From Macrostomum hystrix (taxonomy: Eukaryota > Animalia > Platyhelminthes), in contig CATNEN010000002.1 of NCBI GenBank assembly GCA_950097015.1, positions 7,998,001-8,062,000 of the forward strand: a DNA stretch of 64,000 nt. Reading direction: 5' to 3'. The notes beneath the pieces were generated by a model. It was not told the origin of the DNA, ran no database searches, and saw only the letters and a list, made by a program, of their open reading frames with translations. This document shows, piece after piece, positions 11,101 through 23,705 of this stretch. Numbering within the stretch: position 1 is the first letter of the stretch; each line of letters starts with the position of its first letter. The translations under genes and the position numbers were made by a program.

Positions 11101-12610
11101 TTGGACAAGCTAGTTCTCAGCGATCTGCATGATAGCCCCCTAGCAGGACATTTGGGACGAGATAAAACAATCCAACGTGTCAGAAAGAGATTTTGGAGAC
11201 CAGGATTGGTCAAAGCAGTCGAAGCCCATATCGCAGAGTGTATTCCATGCTTGGAAAGCAAAAGAGGAAATCCGATACAGGCGCCAGTGCAATCGTTCCC
11301 TATCAGTGAACCTTTCCATCGCCTGCATGTCGATTTTATAGGCCCATTATCCAAAGAGCAAAAGAGGGCACAAATATGTCCTAACTATTGTGGATAGCAC
11401 CACTAGATATCAGTTTGCATTCCCTACTAGAAATCAGAAGTCAGATACAGTGATCAAGATTTTACAGGAAAGAATTTTTGCAGAGTATGGGCAATGTCAG
11501 TGGTTACACACAGACAATTGCAAGGCGTTCGCCAGCAAGCAGTTCAAAGCTTTCTGTGAAATGTATAATGTGAAACATACATTTACAATGCCATACCATG
11601 CCCAAAGTAATGGATTAGTGAAGTCGATAGTAACTTGTCTCATTGAGAAAGATCACAGTGATTGGGACCTAATGATCCCAGCTGCATTAGTCGCGGTCCG
11701 CACTAGTGTGAACAAAACCACAGGCTTTACTCCCCACTACCTGTTATTTGGTCGGGAAGCAGTGATGCCTGTGGATAGTGAAATCAGCCAACCTAAGTCA
11801 TTTGCCAGCTATCCATCTTATGTAACAGAGCATGCCGAACGGCTGAAGATCGCTAATGACATTGTCAGAAGAAAGATGGAGAAAGTTGTCAGTAAGAGAC
11901 AAGTGTCAGCACAGAATAGCAAATTGCCTAAAACAGTTCCAGTCGGAAGCTTAGTATTGATCAATAATCCACAGTTGGACAGTGAGGAATTGCACAAATT
12001 TCATAGGAAGAAGAGAGCAGCCTTCAGAGTAATAGAGCAAATTTCAGATGTAGTGTTCCGTGTGCAAAAAGAGGAGCAAGGACAATTAGTGGGCAATGTC
12101 ATGATTGTCCATAGAGACAACATAACTATTGTGCCTAATTCGACCCAAGAGGAATTAATTAGGGGAAGCCAGGCCGCACCAGAGAAGAAAGCCAAGAAGA
12201 CAGAAGTCAAAGTTAGGGGAAGCCAGCCGAAGGAGAAGGGAAGATCTGTTCTAACAGAGGAAGTTGAATCCGAAGAGGAAGAAGACAGATTAGAATGGCA
12301 ATGCCACTTTAGGAGGAATCCAAGTGAAATTAATGGAGAAGATTTGGAGTTAGGAGCTGAGATGGAAGTTGAGGATGAATCACACACCGAGCCTGAGACT
12401 ACGAGCAGTGAAGAGGAGAGCGAAAGCAAAGGGACAGCTGAGGGTCTGGCGACAGCCACCTCAGAAGGAGGCATGTACATTGCACAGAATGAAGAAAGGG
12501 AAGGAGTGACAAGCCGTCCGCGCAGACAAATCAGACCCCCCGCGAGGTTTGAAGGCTATTTGCAGAGGCTTGCCACTGTGTTCAGTATACTTGGGAATTT
12601 ACAGATCTAG
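8093..12610 (+). pseudogene. pol: pol (aspartic protease, RT, RNase H, integrase) with four lesions
   Basis: Motifs: PR QDTGA; RT PKKDGSIRIVSDFRVLN and YIDD; RH TDASD, ELLAL, TDH, NADSLSR; IN H-H-C-C, HVDFIGP, TDN. Lesions: deletion/frameshift at ~9360, TGA at 9589-9591, +1 frameshift at ~11353, in-frame deletion at 11620/11621. Confidence 0.92.
8231..8400 (+). repeat. 30-bp coding repeat (SAPIASAPSA) between gag and protease
   Basis: About 5 copies of TCAGCACCCATTGCGTCAGCACCATCTGCG. Confidence 0.9.
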
Positions 12611-12910
12611 GCAGAGATTGGGGTGACGCAATAGTAACACAAGGAGACCACGTGCAAGGGATAGAAAGGGAGTAGGGGTTAGGCCTAGCCACTTCTAGTC
12701 AATTAGGTAGGGGTTAATTGAAATCAAGTAGGGATCCAATAGGATTAAGAATAAGCCAGTATAGCCCAATGAAATCGGAGACACAATGATGCGCGTCAGC
12801 CTCACGCCTATATAAACCAGTGCTCTGGGAAGGCAAACAAACATACAGAGTGAGAGAAAAGTCATATTGACAAAGCAAGCAGGTCCGAAACGGAACAAGA
12901 TAGTGAAGCC

Positions 12911-14065
12911 ATGAGTGCTAGTGAATTCGAGAAGTTATTAGAAGCCGTTACCGTGGATTTTTCGGACAGTGAGAATGTCGAACCTGACAGAGCAGAGCAG
13001 ACTAAGAAGAAGGAAGCCGGAGATGGCGAAGTGGATATTGTTCAAGCAATTATCGAGGAGTCAGAACAATTTGAGGCGCCATTACGGCAGAGAACACAGC
13101 CATCTATGGCTGGACAGCAGGCAAGGGTAAATACCCAGAAGCGAGCTGCCACATCAGTACAGGAAGGAGTCGCCAGTAAGAGAAAGCTGCCCAGTTCGAG
13201 ACTGCCAGTGTTCCTCGATGCTACCACGAGAGTAAATCTACTCATGTAGCATTCGATTGCGCCGGTGGCAGAAGCGGAAGCTGCTCAGGATGGACGAATG
13301 GAAGGACCTAGGACCACCAAAGTCATTGCTGCGCTGAGTCAGGAGCCAGGCCGACGTACTGCCGGACAGCGGCCGATATCCCCAAGGCCGGTTCCTTAGC
13401 CACAGCCACAGCCTAAGGGTCGTCCAATAGCTCCAAAGGCGCAAAAGGTACCGATTCAGTACCGATATCGAACTGACTTTCGACAGCCGTCGCAGCAGCA
13501 GCAGCCCCAGCCATCGCAGCAACAGCCGCCACAGCAGCAGCCTTTGTACCAGCAGCCGCAGCTGCAGCCGTCGCAGCAGCAGCAGCCCCAGCCATCGCAA
13601 CAACAGCCGCCACAGCAGCAGCCTTTGTACCAGCAGCCGCAGCCCCAGCCGTCGCAGCAGTCGCCACAGCCGATGGAAGATGAGGACAATGCCAGCATGG
13701 AATCCGTAGAAAATCAAGAATTCGCCCAAACAATGGCGGAGATCCCTCACACTCAGCACGAGCATTTCAAACGGCTGATTCGGCATATGAAAGGCTACAT
13801 TCTGGACGCTGGACTATTCAACAACGACCGGCGGTACCCACAGCAAGCTGCAATTTACTCCGTCATGCGAGTGCTATGCCAGAAGTTCTCGAGGGCGCAC
13901 TGCATAACTGCCTGGAAGAGAGCCGTGCAGTATGCGCGGAAGGTCATTAATCGCAGCCCACTGCCAGTAAATCGCATCCCTCTCAACATTGAGTTGAGAT
14001 GGATGGCCAGCACCGTAGGATGGCCCCGCAATGAGAGACTGACCGAGGAGTGCTACTTTTCTTAA
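12911..14065 (+). pseudogene. Extra 3' ORF of the Gypsy element (~385 codons, two in-frame TAG stops), function unknown
   Basis: ORFs 12911-13249 and 13544-14065 share a frame, broken only by TAG at 13247 and 13397. Acidic N-terminus, Gln/Pro-rich middle with an 81-bp duplication, non-repetitive C-terminal domain. No signal peptide or TM segment seen. Confidence 0.7.
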
Positions 14066-14202
14066 AGGACAATTTAACCATTTTACTATAACGTTTGTCC
14101 CCCGTTTTAATTTGTGTGTATGCTTTTTTTGTTACCCATTTTATTTTGTGTATGCTATAAATTTTGTCACGCGTTGCAATTTTCTTATTCCAAAATTTAT
14201 GT

Positions 14203-14215
14203 AGGGGAAGCCAGT
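14203..14215 (+). promoter_or_regulatory. Polypurine tract
   Basis: AGGGGAAGCCAGT directly precedes the 3' LTR start TG at 14216. Confidence 0.85.
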
Positions 14216-14524
14216 TGTGGCAGGCCCAAATTTACCGTAGATTTATAAGTTGAATTCCCGCCAAATGCTTTTCCTCAATTTTATATTCTGTTTTGTTTAA
14301 ATGTGTTTTGTCACCCCCCCAAAATCTTGCTATAAATATAGGCGCAGTTTAGCCCAAAAAGAACCAACCGGTGCCCCGTGCCCAGTTCGGAGAGCAATAA
14401 AGGAGAATTAATCTCAAAGTGTTTTTCAATTATTTTACAGAGGAGAAAAGCAGGTCCGTGATAATTCACAAGTCAGGAATATTCGAAAGAATAAAGAAGG
14501 GAATAGTCATAAAAAGCAGTGGAA
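14216..14524 (+). repeat. 3' LTR, first ~309 bp only
   Basis: Matches the 5' LTR up to AAAAGCAGTGGA, then switches to Helitron sequence (A|TCTAATATAC). Confidence 0.92.
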
Positions 14525-17500
14525 TCTAATATACTAAAAATGAAAATCTTGTTTGTATGTTTGTATGTTTGTATGTTTGCAATCGACTAGCTCCCGAACG
14601 GCTCAACCGATTTTCGCAATTCCTTCGCTAAAAGATCACAATTGGTCCCGAATCGGTACACGTATTTTTATTAAGCTTAATTCCATTGCCAAGGGGATTA
14701 AATATTCGAAAAACAGTTTTAAATAGGCTTTTCTAATGCATTCTTGTTTTCAGCTTGTGCACAGTGAGGCTCCAGTGCCAATTTTTATGATTGCATCAGA
14801 GCCAGTTTTGATAACGAACTGATAAGAACTCCAGTGAGGCTACCCAGAGGGTAGCGAAGGCAGCTAGTCTAATATACTAAAAATGAAAATCTTGTTTGTA
14901 TGTTTGTATGTTTGCAATCGACTAGCTCCCGAACGGCTTAACCGATTTTCACAATTCCTTCGCCAAAAGATCACAATTGGGCCGGAATCGGTACACGTAA
15001 TTTTATTAAGCTTAATTCCATTGCCAAGGGGATTAAATATTCGAAAAACAGTTTTAAATAGGCTTTTCTAATGCATTCTTGTTTACAGCTTGTGCACAGT
15101 GAGGCCTCCAGTGCCAATTTTAATGATTGCATCAGAGCCAGTTTTGATAACGAACTGATAAGAACTCCAGTGAGGCTACCCAGAGGGTAGCGAAGGCAGC
15201 TAGTCTTATATACTAAAAATGAAAATCTTGCTTGTATGTTTGCAATCGACTAGCTCCCGAACGGCTCAACCGATTTTCGCAATTCCTTCGCCAAAAGATC
15301 ACAATTGGTCCCGAATCGGTACACGTATTTTTATTAAGCTTAATTCCATTGCCAAGGGGATTAAATATTCGAAAAACTGTTTTAAATAGGCTTTTCTAAT
15401 GCATTCTTGTTTTCAGCTTGTGCACAGTGAGGCCTCCAGTGCCAATTTTTATGATTGCATCAGAGCCAGTTTTGATAACGAACTGATAAGAACTCACAGG
15501 GAGGCTACCCAGAGGGTAGCGAAGGCAGCTAGTCTTCTATTATAATATACTAAAAATGAAAATCTTGTTTGTATGTTTGTATGTTTGTATGTTTGCAATC
15601 GACTAGCTCCCGAACGGCTTAACCGATTTTCACAATTCCTTCGCCAAAAGATCACAATTGAGCCGGAATCGGTACACGTAATTTTATTAAGCTTAATTCC
15701 ATTGCCAAGGGGATTAAATATTCGAAAAACAGTTTTAAATAGGCTTTTCTAATGCATTCTTGTTTACAGCTTGTGCACAGTGAGGCCTCCAGTGCCAATT
15801 TTAATGATTGCATCAGAGCCAGTTTTGATAACGAACTGATAAGAACTCAATGGAGGCTACCCAGAGGGTAGCGAAGGCAGCTAGTCTTATATACTAAAAA
15901 TGAAAATCTTGCTTGTATGTTTGCAATCGACTAGCTCCCGAACGGCTTAACCGATTTTCACAATTCCTTCGCCAAAAGATCACAATTGAGCCGGAATCGG
16001 TACACGTAATTTTATTAAGCTTAATTCCATTGCCAAGGGGATTAAATATTCGAAAAACAGTTTTAAATAGGCTTTTCTAATGCATTCTTGTTTACAGCTT
16101 GTGCACAGTGAGGCCTCCAGTGCCAATTTTAATGATTGCATCAGAGCCAGTTTTGATAACGAACTGATAAGAACTCAATGGAGGCTACCCAGAGGGTAGC
16201 GAAGGCAGCTAGTCTAATCTTAATATACTAAAAATGAAAATCTTGTTTGTATGTTTGTATGTTTGTATGTTTGTATGTTTGTATGTTTGCAATCGACTAG
16301 CTCCCGAACGGCTCAACCGATTTTCACAATTCCTTCGCCAAAAGATCACAAATGGGCCCGAATCGGTACACGTATTTTTTTTAAGCTTAATTCCATTGCT
16401 AAGGGGATTAAATATTCGAAAAACTGTTTTAAATAGGCTTTTCTAATGCATTCTTGTTTTCAGCTTGTGCACAGTGAGGCTCCAGTGCCAATTTTTATGA
16501 TTGCATCAGAGCCAGTTTTGATAACGAACTGATAAGAACTCCAGTGAGGCTACCCAGAGGGTAGCGAAGGCAGCTAGTCTTATTATACTAAAAATGAAAA
16601 TCTTGCTTGTATGTTTGTTTGCAATCGACTAGCTCCCGAACGGCTCAACCGATTTTCAAAATTCTTTCACTAAAAGATCGCAATTGGGCCGGAATCGGTA
16701 CACGTATTTTTATTAAGCTTAATTCCATTGCCAAGGGGATTAAATATTCAAAAAACTGTTTTAAATAGGCTTTTCTAATGCATTCTTGTTTTCAGCTTGT
16801 GCACAGTGAGGCCTCCAGTGCCAAATTTAATGATTGCATCAGAGCCAGTTTTGATAACGCACGCGCGTACTGATAAGAACTCACAGGGAGGCTACCCAGA
16901 GGTAAAAATGAAAATCTTGCTTGTATGTTTGCAATCGACTAGCTCCCGAACGGCTTAACCGATTTTCACAATTCCTTCGCCAAAAGATCACAATTGAGCC
17001 GGAATCGGTACACGTAATTTTATTAAGCTTAATTCCATTGCCAAGGGGATTAAATATTCGAAAAACAGTTTTAAATAGGCTTTTCTAATGCATTCTTGTT
17101 TACAGCTTGTGCACAGTGAGGCCTCCAGTGCCAATTTTAATGATTGCATCAGAGCCAGTTTTGATAACGAACTGATAAGAACTCAATGGAGGCTACCCAG
17201 AGGGTAGCGAAGGCAGCTAGTCTAATCTTAATATACTAAAAATGAAAATCTTGTTTGTATGTTTGTATGTTTGTATGTTTGTATGTTTGTATGTTTGCAA
17301 TCGACTAGCTCCCGAACGGCTCAACCGATTTTCACAATTCCTTCGCCAAAAGATCACAAATGGGCCCGAATCGGTACACGTATTTTTTTTAAGCTTAATT
17401 CCATTGCTAAGGGGATTAAATATTCGAAAAACTGTTTTAAATAGGCTTTTCTAATGCATTCTTGTTTTCAGCTTGTGCACAGTGAGGCTCCAGTGCCAAT

Positions 17501-20130
17501 TTTTATGATTGCATCAGAGCCAGTTTTGATAACGAACTGATAAGAACTCCAGTGAGGCTACCCAGAGGGTAGCGAAGGCAGCTAGTCTTATTATACTAAA
17601 AATGAAAATCTTGCTTGTATGTTTGTTTGCAATCGACTAGCTCCCGAACGGCTCAACCGATTTTCAAAATTCTTTCACTAAAAGATCGCAATTGGGCCGG
17701 AATCGGTACACGTATTTTTATTAAGCTTAATTCCATTGCCAAGGGGATTAAATATTCAAAAAACTGTTTTAAATAGGCTTTTCTAATGCATTCTTGTTTT
17801 CAGCTTGTGCACAGTGAGGCCTCCAGTGCCAAATTTAATGATTGCATCAGAGCCAGTTTTGATAACGCACGCGCGTACTGATAAGAACTCACAGGGAGGC
17901 TACCCAGAGGTAAAAATGAAAATCTTGCTTGTATGTTTGCAATCGACTAGCTCCCGAACGGCTTAACCGATTTTCACAATTCCTTCGCCAAAAGATCACA
18001 ATTGAGCCGGAATCGGTACACGTAATTTTATTAAGCTTAATTCCATTGCCAAGTGGATTAAATATTCGAAAAACAGTTTTAAATAGGCTTTTCTAATGCA
18101 TTCTTGTTTACAGCTTGTGCACAGTGAGGCCTCCAGTGCCAATTTTAATGATTGCATCAGAGCCAGTTTTGATAACGAACTGATAAGAACTCAATGGAGG
18201 CTACCCAGAGGGTAGCGAAGGCAGCTAGTCTAATCTTAATATACTAAAAATGAAAATCTTGCTTGCTTGTATGTTTGCAATCGACTAGCTCCCGAACGGC
18301 TTAACCGATTTTCGCAATTCCTTCGCCAAAAGATCACAAATGGGCCGGAATCGGTACACGTATTTTTAATAAGCTTAATTCCATTGCCAAGGGGATTAAA
18401 TATTCGAAAAACAGCTTTAAATAGGCTTTTCTAATGCATTCTTGTTTACAGCTTGTGCACAGTGAGGCCTCCAGTGCCAAATTTAATGATTGCATCAGAG
18501 CCTGCAGTTTTGATAACGCACGCGTACTGATAAGAACTCACAGGGAGGCTACCCAGAGGGTAGCGAAGGCAGCTAGTCTTATAATATACTAAAAATGAAA
18601 ATCTTGTTTGTATGTTTGTATGTTTGTATGTTTGCAATCGACTAGCTCCCGAACGGCTCAACCGATTTTCACAATTCCTTCGCCAAAAGATCACAAATGG
18701 GCCCGAATCGGTACACGTATTTTTTTTAAGCTTAATTCCATTGCTAAGGGGATTAAATATTCGAAAAACTGTTTTAAATAGGCTTTTCTAATGCATTCTT
18801 GTTTTCAGCTTGTGCACAGTGAGGCTCCAGTGCCAATTTTTATGATTGCATCAGAGCCAGTTTTGATAACGAACTGATAAGAACTCCAGTGAGGCTACCC
18901 AGAGGGTAGCGAAGGCAGCTAGTCTTATTATACTAAAAATGAAAATCTTGCTTGTATGTTTGTTTGCAATCGACTAGCTCCCGAACGGCTCAACCGATTT
19001 TCAAAATTCTTTCACTAAAAGATCGCAATTGGGCCGGAATCGGTACACGTATTTTTATTAAGCTTAATTCCATTGCCAAGGGGATTAAATATTCAAAAAA
19101 CTGTTTTAAATAGGCTTTTCTAATGCATTCTTGTTTTCAGCTTGTGCACAGTGAGGCCTCCAGTGCCAAATTTAATGATTGCATCAGAGCCAGTTTTGAT
19201 AACGCACGCGCGTACTGATAAGAACTCACAGGGAGGCTACCCAGAGGGTAGCGAAGGCAGCTAGTCTAATATACTAAAAATGAAAATCTTGCTTGTATGT
19301 TTGTTTGCATCTAATATACTAAAAATGAAAATCTTGCTTGCTTGCTTGTTTGCAATCGACTAGCTCCCGAACGGCTCAACCGATTTTCAAAATTCTTTCA
19401 CTAAAAGATCGCAAATGGGCCGGAATCGGTACACGTAATTTTATTAAGCTTCTTATATACTAAAAATGAAAATCTTGTTTGTATGTTTGTATGTTTGTAT
19501 GTTTGCAATCGACTAGCTCCCGAACGGCTCAACCGATTTTCAAAATTCCTTCACTAAAAGATCGCAATTGGGCTGGAATCGGTACACGTATTTTTATTAA
19601 GCTTAATTTCATTGCCAAGGGGATTAAATATTCGAAAAACTGTTTTAAATAGGCTTTTCTAATGCATTCTTGTTTTCAGCTTGTGCGCAGTGAGGCTCCA
19701 GTGCCAATTTTAATGATTGCATCGGAGCCAGTTTTGATAACGCACTGATAAGAACTCACAGGGAGGCTACCCAGAGGGTAGCGAAGGCAGCTAGTCTAAT
19801 ATACTAAAAATGAAAATCTTGCTTGCTTGCTTGTATGTTTGCAATCGACTAGCTCTCGAACGGCTCAACCGATTTTCGCAATTCCTTCGCCAAAAGATCA
19901 CAAATGGGCCGGAATCGGTACACGTAATTTTATTAAGCTTAATTCCATTGGCAAGGGGATTAAATATTCGAAAAACAGTTTTAAATAGGCTTTTCTAATG
20001 CATTCTTGTTTTCAGCTTGTGCACAGTGAGGCCTCCAGTGCCAATTTTAATGATTGCATCAGAGCCAGTTTTGATAACGAACTGATAAGAACTCAATGGA
20101 GGCTACCCAGAGGGTAGCGAAGGCAGCTAG
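14525..20130 (+). mobile_element. Tandem array 1 of short non-autonomous Helitrons (type A, ~330-360 bp, ~16 units plus fragments)
   Basis: Units start TC(T/A)ATATACTAAAAATGAAAATCTTG plus a 4-bp microsatellite. They end with hairpin GCTACCC-AGA-GGGTAGC, 8 nt, then CTAG. Junctions read CTAG|TC. Confidence 0.92.
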
Positions 20131-21857
20131 TTTCTATTATACTAAAAATGAAAATCTTGTATGTTTGTTTGCAATCGACTAGCTCCCGAACGGCTCAACC
20201 GATTTTCACAATTCCTTCGCCAAAAGATCACAAATGGGCCGGAATCGGTACACGTAATTTTATTAAGCTTAATTCCATTGGCAAGGGGATTAAATATTCA
20301 AAAAACAGTTTTAAATAGGCTTTTCTAATGCATTCTTGTTTTCAGCTTGTGCACAGTGAGGCCTCCAGTGCCAATTTTAATGATTGCATCAGGGCCAGTT
20401 TTGTTAGGCGAGCGTACTGATAAGAAATTTCTCACCCAAATGTGCATAGCTGTGTCAACCCCACTGGCGAGATAATTATGCCCAATGTGCACAGGCTGAG
20501 CTGGCTTCTGTTAACTGCTGGCAGTGTGATATTTTATTATTTTATTTATTTATTTATTGAGTTTTTGCAATCAAATAGCATATTCACATCATACACCAAA
20601 AGGCTACAGCTGAGAACTGAATTGATCCAAGTGATCGGCCTTTTTCTAGCAGAGCGAAGCGAACCGAACCGAATCCCAGGCACAACAATGACACAGCCAA
20701 ATAGCATAAATACAAATCCAGGCTCAGAATCGATAGATATCTAGGCTGAGCATTGATAGATATCTAGGCTGAGCATTGATAGATATCTAGGCTGAGCATT
20801 GATAGATATCTAGGCTGAGCATTGATAGATATCTAGGCTGAGCATTTATAGATATCTAGGCTCAGCATTGATAGACATCTAGGCTCAACATTTTTATAAA
20901 TATCTAGGCTCAACATTTTTATAGTTATCTAGGCTCAGCATTGACAGATATCTAGGCTGAGCATTGATAGATATCTAGGCTCAGCATTGATAGACATCTA
21001 GGCTCAACATTTTTATAAATATCTAGGCTCAACATTTTTATAGTTATCTAGGCTCAGCATTGATAGACATCTAGGCTCAACATTTTTATAAATATCTAGG
21101 CTCAACATTTTTATAGTTATCTAGGTTCAGCATTGACAGATATCTAGGCTCAGCATTGATAGATATCTAAGCTCAAAATTGATAGATATCTAGGCTCAGC
21201 ATTGATAGATATCTAGGCTGAGCATTGATAGATATCTAGGCTGAGCATTGATAGATATCTAGGCTCAGCATTGATAGACATCTAGGCTCAACATTTTTAT
21301 AAATATCTAGGCTCAACATTTTTATAGTTATCTAGGCTCAGCATTGACAGATATCTAGGCTCAGCATTGATAGATATCTAAGCTCAAAATTGATAGATAT
21401 CTAGGCTCAGCATTGATAGATATCTAGGCTCAGCATTGATAGTTATCTAGGCTCAGCATAGATAGAAGATAGATATCTAGGCTCAACATTTTTATGGATA
21501 TCTAGGCTCAGCATTGAAAGATATCTAGGCTCAGCATTGATAGATATCTAGGCTCAAAATTGATAGATATCTAGGCTCAGCATTGATAGTTATCTAGGCT
21601 CAACATTTTTTATGGATATCTAGGCTCAGCATTGATAGATATCTAGGCTCAGCATAGATAGAAGATAGATATCTAGGCCCAACATTTTTATGGATATCTA
21701 GGCTCAGCATTGAAAGATATCTAGGCTCAGCATTGATAGATATCTAGGCTCAGCATTGATAGATATCTAGGCTCAGCATTGATAGATATCTAGGCTCAGC
21801 ATTGATAGATATCTAGGCTCAGCATTGATAGTTATCTAGGCTCAGCATAGATAGAAT
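20131..21857 (+). mobile_element. Truncated long Helitron (type B) with 23-bp satellite
   Basis: Same 5' arm as type A, diverging after GCCAGTTTTG into TTAGGCGAGCG. Satellite from ~20735, cut by a new TCTAATATAC start at 21858. Confidence 0.85.
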
Positions 21858-23705
21858 CTAATATACTAAATAATATACTAAAAATGAAAATCTTGTATGT
21901 TTGCAATCGACTAGCTCCCGAACGGCTCAACCGATTTTTGCAATTCCTTCGCCAAAAGATCACAAATGGGCCGGAATCGGTACACGTAATTTTATTAAGC
22001 TTAATTCCATTGGCAAGGGGATTAAATATTCGAAAAACAGTTTTAAATAGGCTTTTCTAATGCATTCTTGTTTTCAGCTTGTGCACAGTGAGGCTCCAGT
22101 GCCAATTTTAATGATTGCATCAGAGCCAGTTTTGATAACGAACTGATAAGAACTCACAGGGAGGCTACCCAGAGGGTAGCGAAGGGCAGCTAGTCTTCTT
22201 GTATGTTTGCAATCGACTAGCTCCCGAACGGCTCAACCGATTTTCGCAATTCCTTCGCCAAAAGATCACAAATGGGCCCGAATCGGTACACGTATTTTTA
22301 TTAAGCTTAATTTCATTGCCAAGGGGATTAAATATTCGAAAAACTGTTTTAAATAGGCTTTTCTAATGCATTCTTGTTTTCAGCTTGTGCACAGTGAGGC
22401 TCCAGTGCCAATTTTTATGATTGCATCAGAGCCAGTTTTGATAACGAACTGATAAGAACTCCAGTGAGGCTACCCAGAGGGTAGCGAAGGCAGCTAGTCT
22501 TATTATACTAAAAATGAAAATCTTGCTTGTATGTTTGTTTGCAATCGACTAGCTCCCGAACGGCTCAACCGATTTTCAAAATTCTTTCACTAAAAGATCG
22601 CAATTGGGCCGGAATCGGTACACGTATTTTTATTAAGCTTAATTCCATTGCCAAGGGGATTAAATATTCAAAAAACTGTTTTAAATAGGCTTTTCTAATG
22701 CATTCTTGTTTTCAGCTTGTGCACAGTGAGGCCTCCAGTGCCAAATTTAATGATTGCATCAGAGCCAGTTTTGATAACGCACGCGCGTACTGATAAGAAC
22801 TCACAGGGAGGCTACCCAGAGGGTAGCGAAGGCAGCTAGTCTAATATACTAAAAATGAAAATCTTGCTTGTATGTTTGTTTGCATCTAATATACTAAAAA
22901 TGAAAATCTTGCTTGCTTGCTTGTTTGCAATCGACTAGCTCCCGAACGGCTCAACCGATTTTCAAAATTCTTTCACTAAAAGATCGCAAATGGGCCGGAA
23001 TCGGTACACGTAATTTTATTAAGCTTCTTATATACTAAAAATGAAAATCTTGTTTGTATGTTTGTATGTTTGTATGTTTGCAATCGACTAGCTCCCGAAC
23101 GGCTCAACCGATTTTCAAAATTCCTTCACTAAAAGATCGCAATTGGGCTGGAATCGGTACACGTATTTTTATTAAGCTTAATTTCATTGCCAAGGGGATT
23201 AAATATTCGAAAAACTGTTTTAAATAGGCTTTTCTAATGCATTCTTGTTTTCAGCTTGTGCGCAGTGAGGCTCCAGTGCCAATTTTAATGATTGCATCGG
23301 AGCCAGTTTTGATAACGCACTGATAAGAACTCACAGGGAGGCTACCCAGAGGGTAGCGAAGGCAGCTAGTCTAATATACTAAAAATGAAAATCTTGCTTG
23401 CTTGCTTGTATGTTTGCAATCGACTAGCTCTCGAACGGCTCAACCGATTTTCGCAATTCCTTCGCCAAAAGATCACAAATGGGCCGGAATCGGTACACGT
23501 AATTTTATTAAGCTTAATTCCATTGGCAAGGGGATTAAATATTCGAAAAACAGTTTTAAATAGGCTTTTCTAATGCATTCTTGTTTTCAGCTTGTGCACA
23601 GTGAGGCCTCCAGTGCCAATTTTAATGATTGCATCAGAGCCAGTTTTGATAACGAACTGATAAGAACTCAATGGAGGCTACCCAGAGGGTAGCGAAGGCA
23701 GCTAG
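21858..23705 (+). mobile_element. Tandem array 2 of type-A Helitrons (~5 units plus fragments)
   Basis: Same termini and CTAG|TC junctions; largely a copy of 18.9-20.1 kb. Confidence 0.9.

Larger units (their letters stand above)
6283..14524 (+). mobile_element. Ty3/Gypsy LTR retrotransposon, defective, 3' LTR interrupted
   Basis: Two LTR copies (6283 and 14216) differ at about 6 of ~307 compared bases. PBS and PPT present. gag has a CCHC knuckle and pol order is PR-RT-RH-IN. Confidence 0.95.

Noticed and set aside
7334-13786. Antisense ORFs within the Gypsy element, including a Cys/Gly-rich keratin-like one at 13456-13698
   Set aside because: Shadows of gag, pol and the Gln-rich ORF3 repeat.
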